A stretch of 64,000 nt of DNA from Perkinsus chesapeaki ATCC PRA-425 (taxonomy: Eukaryota; Protista; Perkinsozoa). The translations under genes were made by a program, and so were the position numbers. The notes beneath the pieces were generated by a model. The model worked only from the letters and a program-made list of their open reading frames with translations, made no database searches and was not told the DNA's origin. Positions 63,170-64,000 of this stretch are shown here, in pieces. Location of the stretch: assembly GCA_013115145.1 (NCBI GenBank), contig JAAPAO010000104.1, forward strand, positions 1 to 64,000, written 5' to 3'. Numbering within the stretch: position 1 is the stretch's first letter; every line of letters begins with the position of its first letter.

Positions 63170-64000
63170 TTATTCCCCTCCTGGGCTATGTCGTCGGAAA
63201 TCAATCTTAACGACATGCTCAGCATCAGGAGACAGTCCGCCGAAGTAAACAGCTAGTTTGTTATCTCCATCTGGACAAATATAAAATCCTTTCTCTGGTC
63301 GGAACTCATCATCTGGGGTAGTCAAGTCAGTGACACTCTCCATTATGCGGGTTAAGAATAAAGCATTCGGTTCATCCGGCAAATGCACTGCTGAACAACC
63401 GTCCCACTTTTCTTCTTTTTTAATGATACTCAGACCGAGGGAGAACGTTTCTCCATTTAAGAAGTCAAAGAGTAAGTCCGAGCTATCTGGAGAAAGTATG
63501 ACCGCCATCGAGCTTGTACCATCCGATTTCTGAGCGACGTATCTCCCTTCTTTCATGATATTCCCAGGCGATAATTTCACCTGCTTAACAGGAGTAGATG
63601 GTTGTAGAACGTCATCGTGTGGAATTGGACGCTTCCTCCTCATCTGTGGCACATCAGCTCCCAGTACCGGACCTCCTCCTAAAGTGAATTTGACGGATTT
63701 CATTTTTTCCGTGCCCCACTTTTCACTGTTCAGCACTAGAATCACGGAGTTTTCACCATCTGGGCAAACGGATAAATATTGTTCGGTGGTATGAAGCCCA
63801 GCCAAGTTGCCCAGATTGGCCAGAACGGGATCGAGCTGGCGAATGATGGCTGTACAGTAGCAGCCGGCAGCTGCACGCTCTCTCCTCAAGAACGGTTGGG
63901 TGATGGTGTTTTGTTCTCTACGGAGAATCATGAAGGGGGTCGACTCCGACTTGCTTGATTCAGGATCTGCATGATCTATACGAAATGCGTATGCAACCTG
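63170..64000 (-). CDS. Intronless hypothetical protein with an internal CPDG repeat; 5' end lies beyond the window
   Basis: The frame stays open to the window edge. Repeated motif YLSVCPDGENSVILVL / FYICPDGDNKLAVYF. Stop at 63170. Confidence 0.65.
   Translation of the reverse strand, partial: QVAYAFRIDHADPESSKSESTPFMILRREQNTITQPFLRRERAAAGCYCTAIIRQLDPVLANLGNLAGLHTTEQYLSVCPDGENSVILVLNSEKWGTEKMKSVKFTLGGGPVLGADVPQMRRKRPIPHDDVLQPSTPVKQVKLSPGNIMKEGRYVAQKSDGTSSMAVILSPDSSDLLFDFLNGETFSLGLSIIKKEEKWDGCSAVHLPDEPNALFLTRIMESVTDLTTPDDEFRPEKGFYICPDGDNKLAVYFGGLSPDAEHVVKIDFRRHSPGGE

Overview
This is eukaryotic, gene-dense DNA with many short introns (mostly 40-60 nt, GT-AG plus some GC-AG). Gene content and style suggest a myzozoan alveolate, most likely a Perkinsus-like organism; this is an inference. 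Genes lie in strand-aligned blocks. Minus block, ~1.1-14.4 kb: CDPK, a Cdh1/Cdc20-family WD40 gene with an intronic tRNA-Lys(CTT), small hypothetical genes, a Cmc1-like twin-CX9C protein and an acyl-CoA dehydrogenase. Plus block, 14.5-30.6 kb: a nucleus-encoded ATP synthase F0 subunit a-like gene, an IGHMBP2-like helicase whose 4.3-kb intron holds transposon debris, WDR83/MORG1 and an SDR. Accessory region, 30.7-43 kb: three intronless secreted pepsin-like protease paralogues (intact, DTG-to-DTR variant, pseudogene), gene remnants and long perfect palindromes. A ~19-kb DNAH6-like dynein heavy chain follows, then a partial hypothetical gene. The top finding is in the subunit a-like gene. It carries two tandem, equal-length (152 nt), same-phase, diverged copies of the exon encoding the C-terminal membrane helices. 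They are separated by only 26 nt, and joining them would frameshift, so they look like mutually exclusive exons giving two isoforms of the proton-channel subunit. All gene models were spliced by eye, no searches were run, and several 5' ends are approximate.
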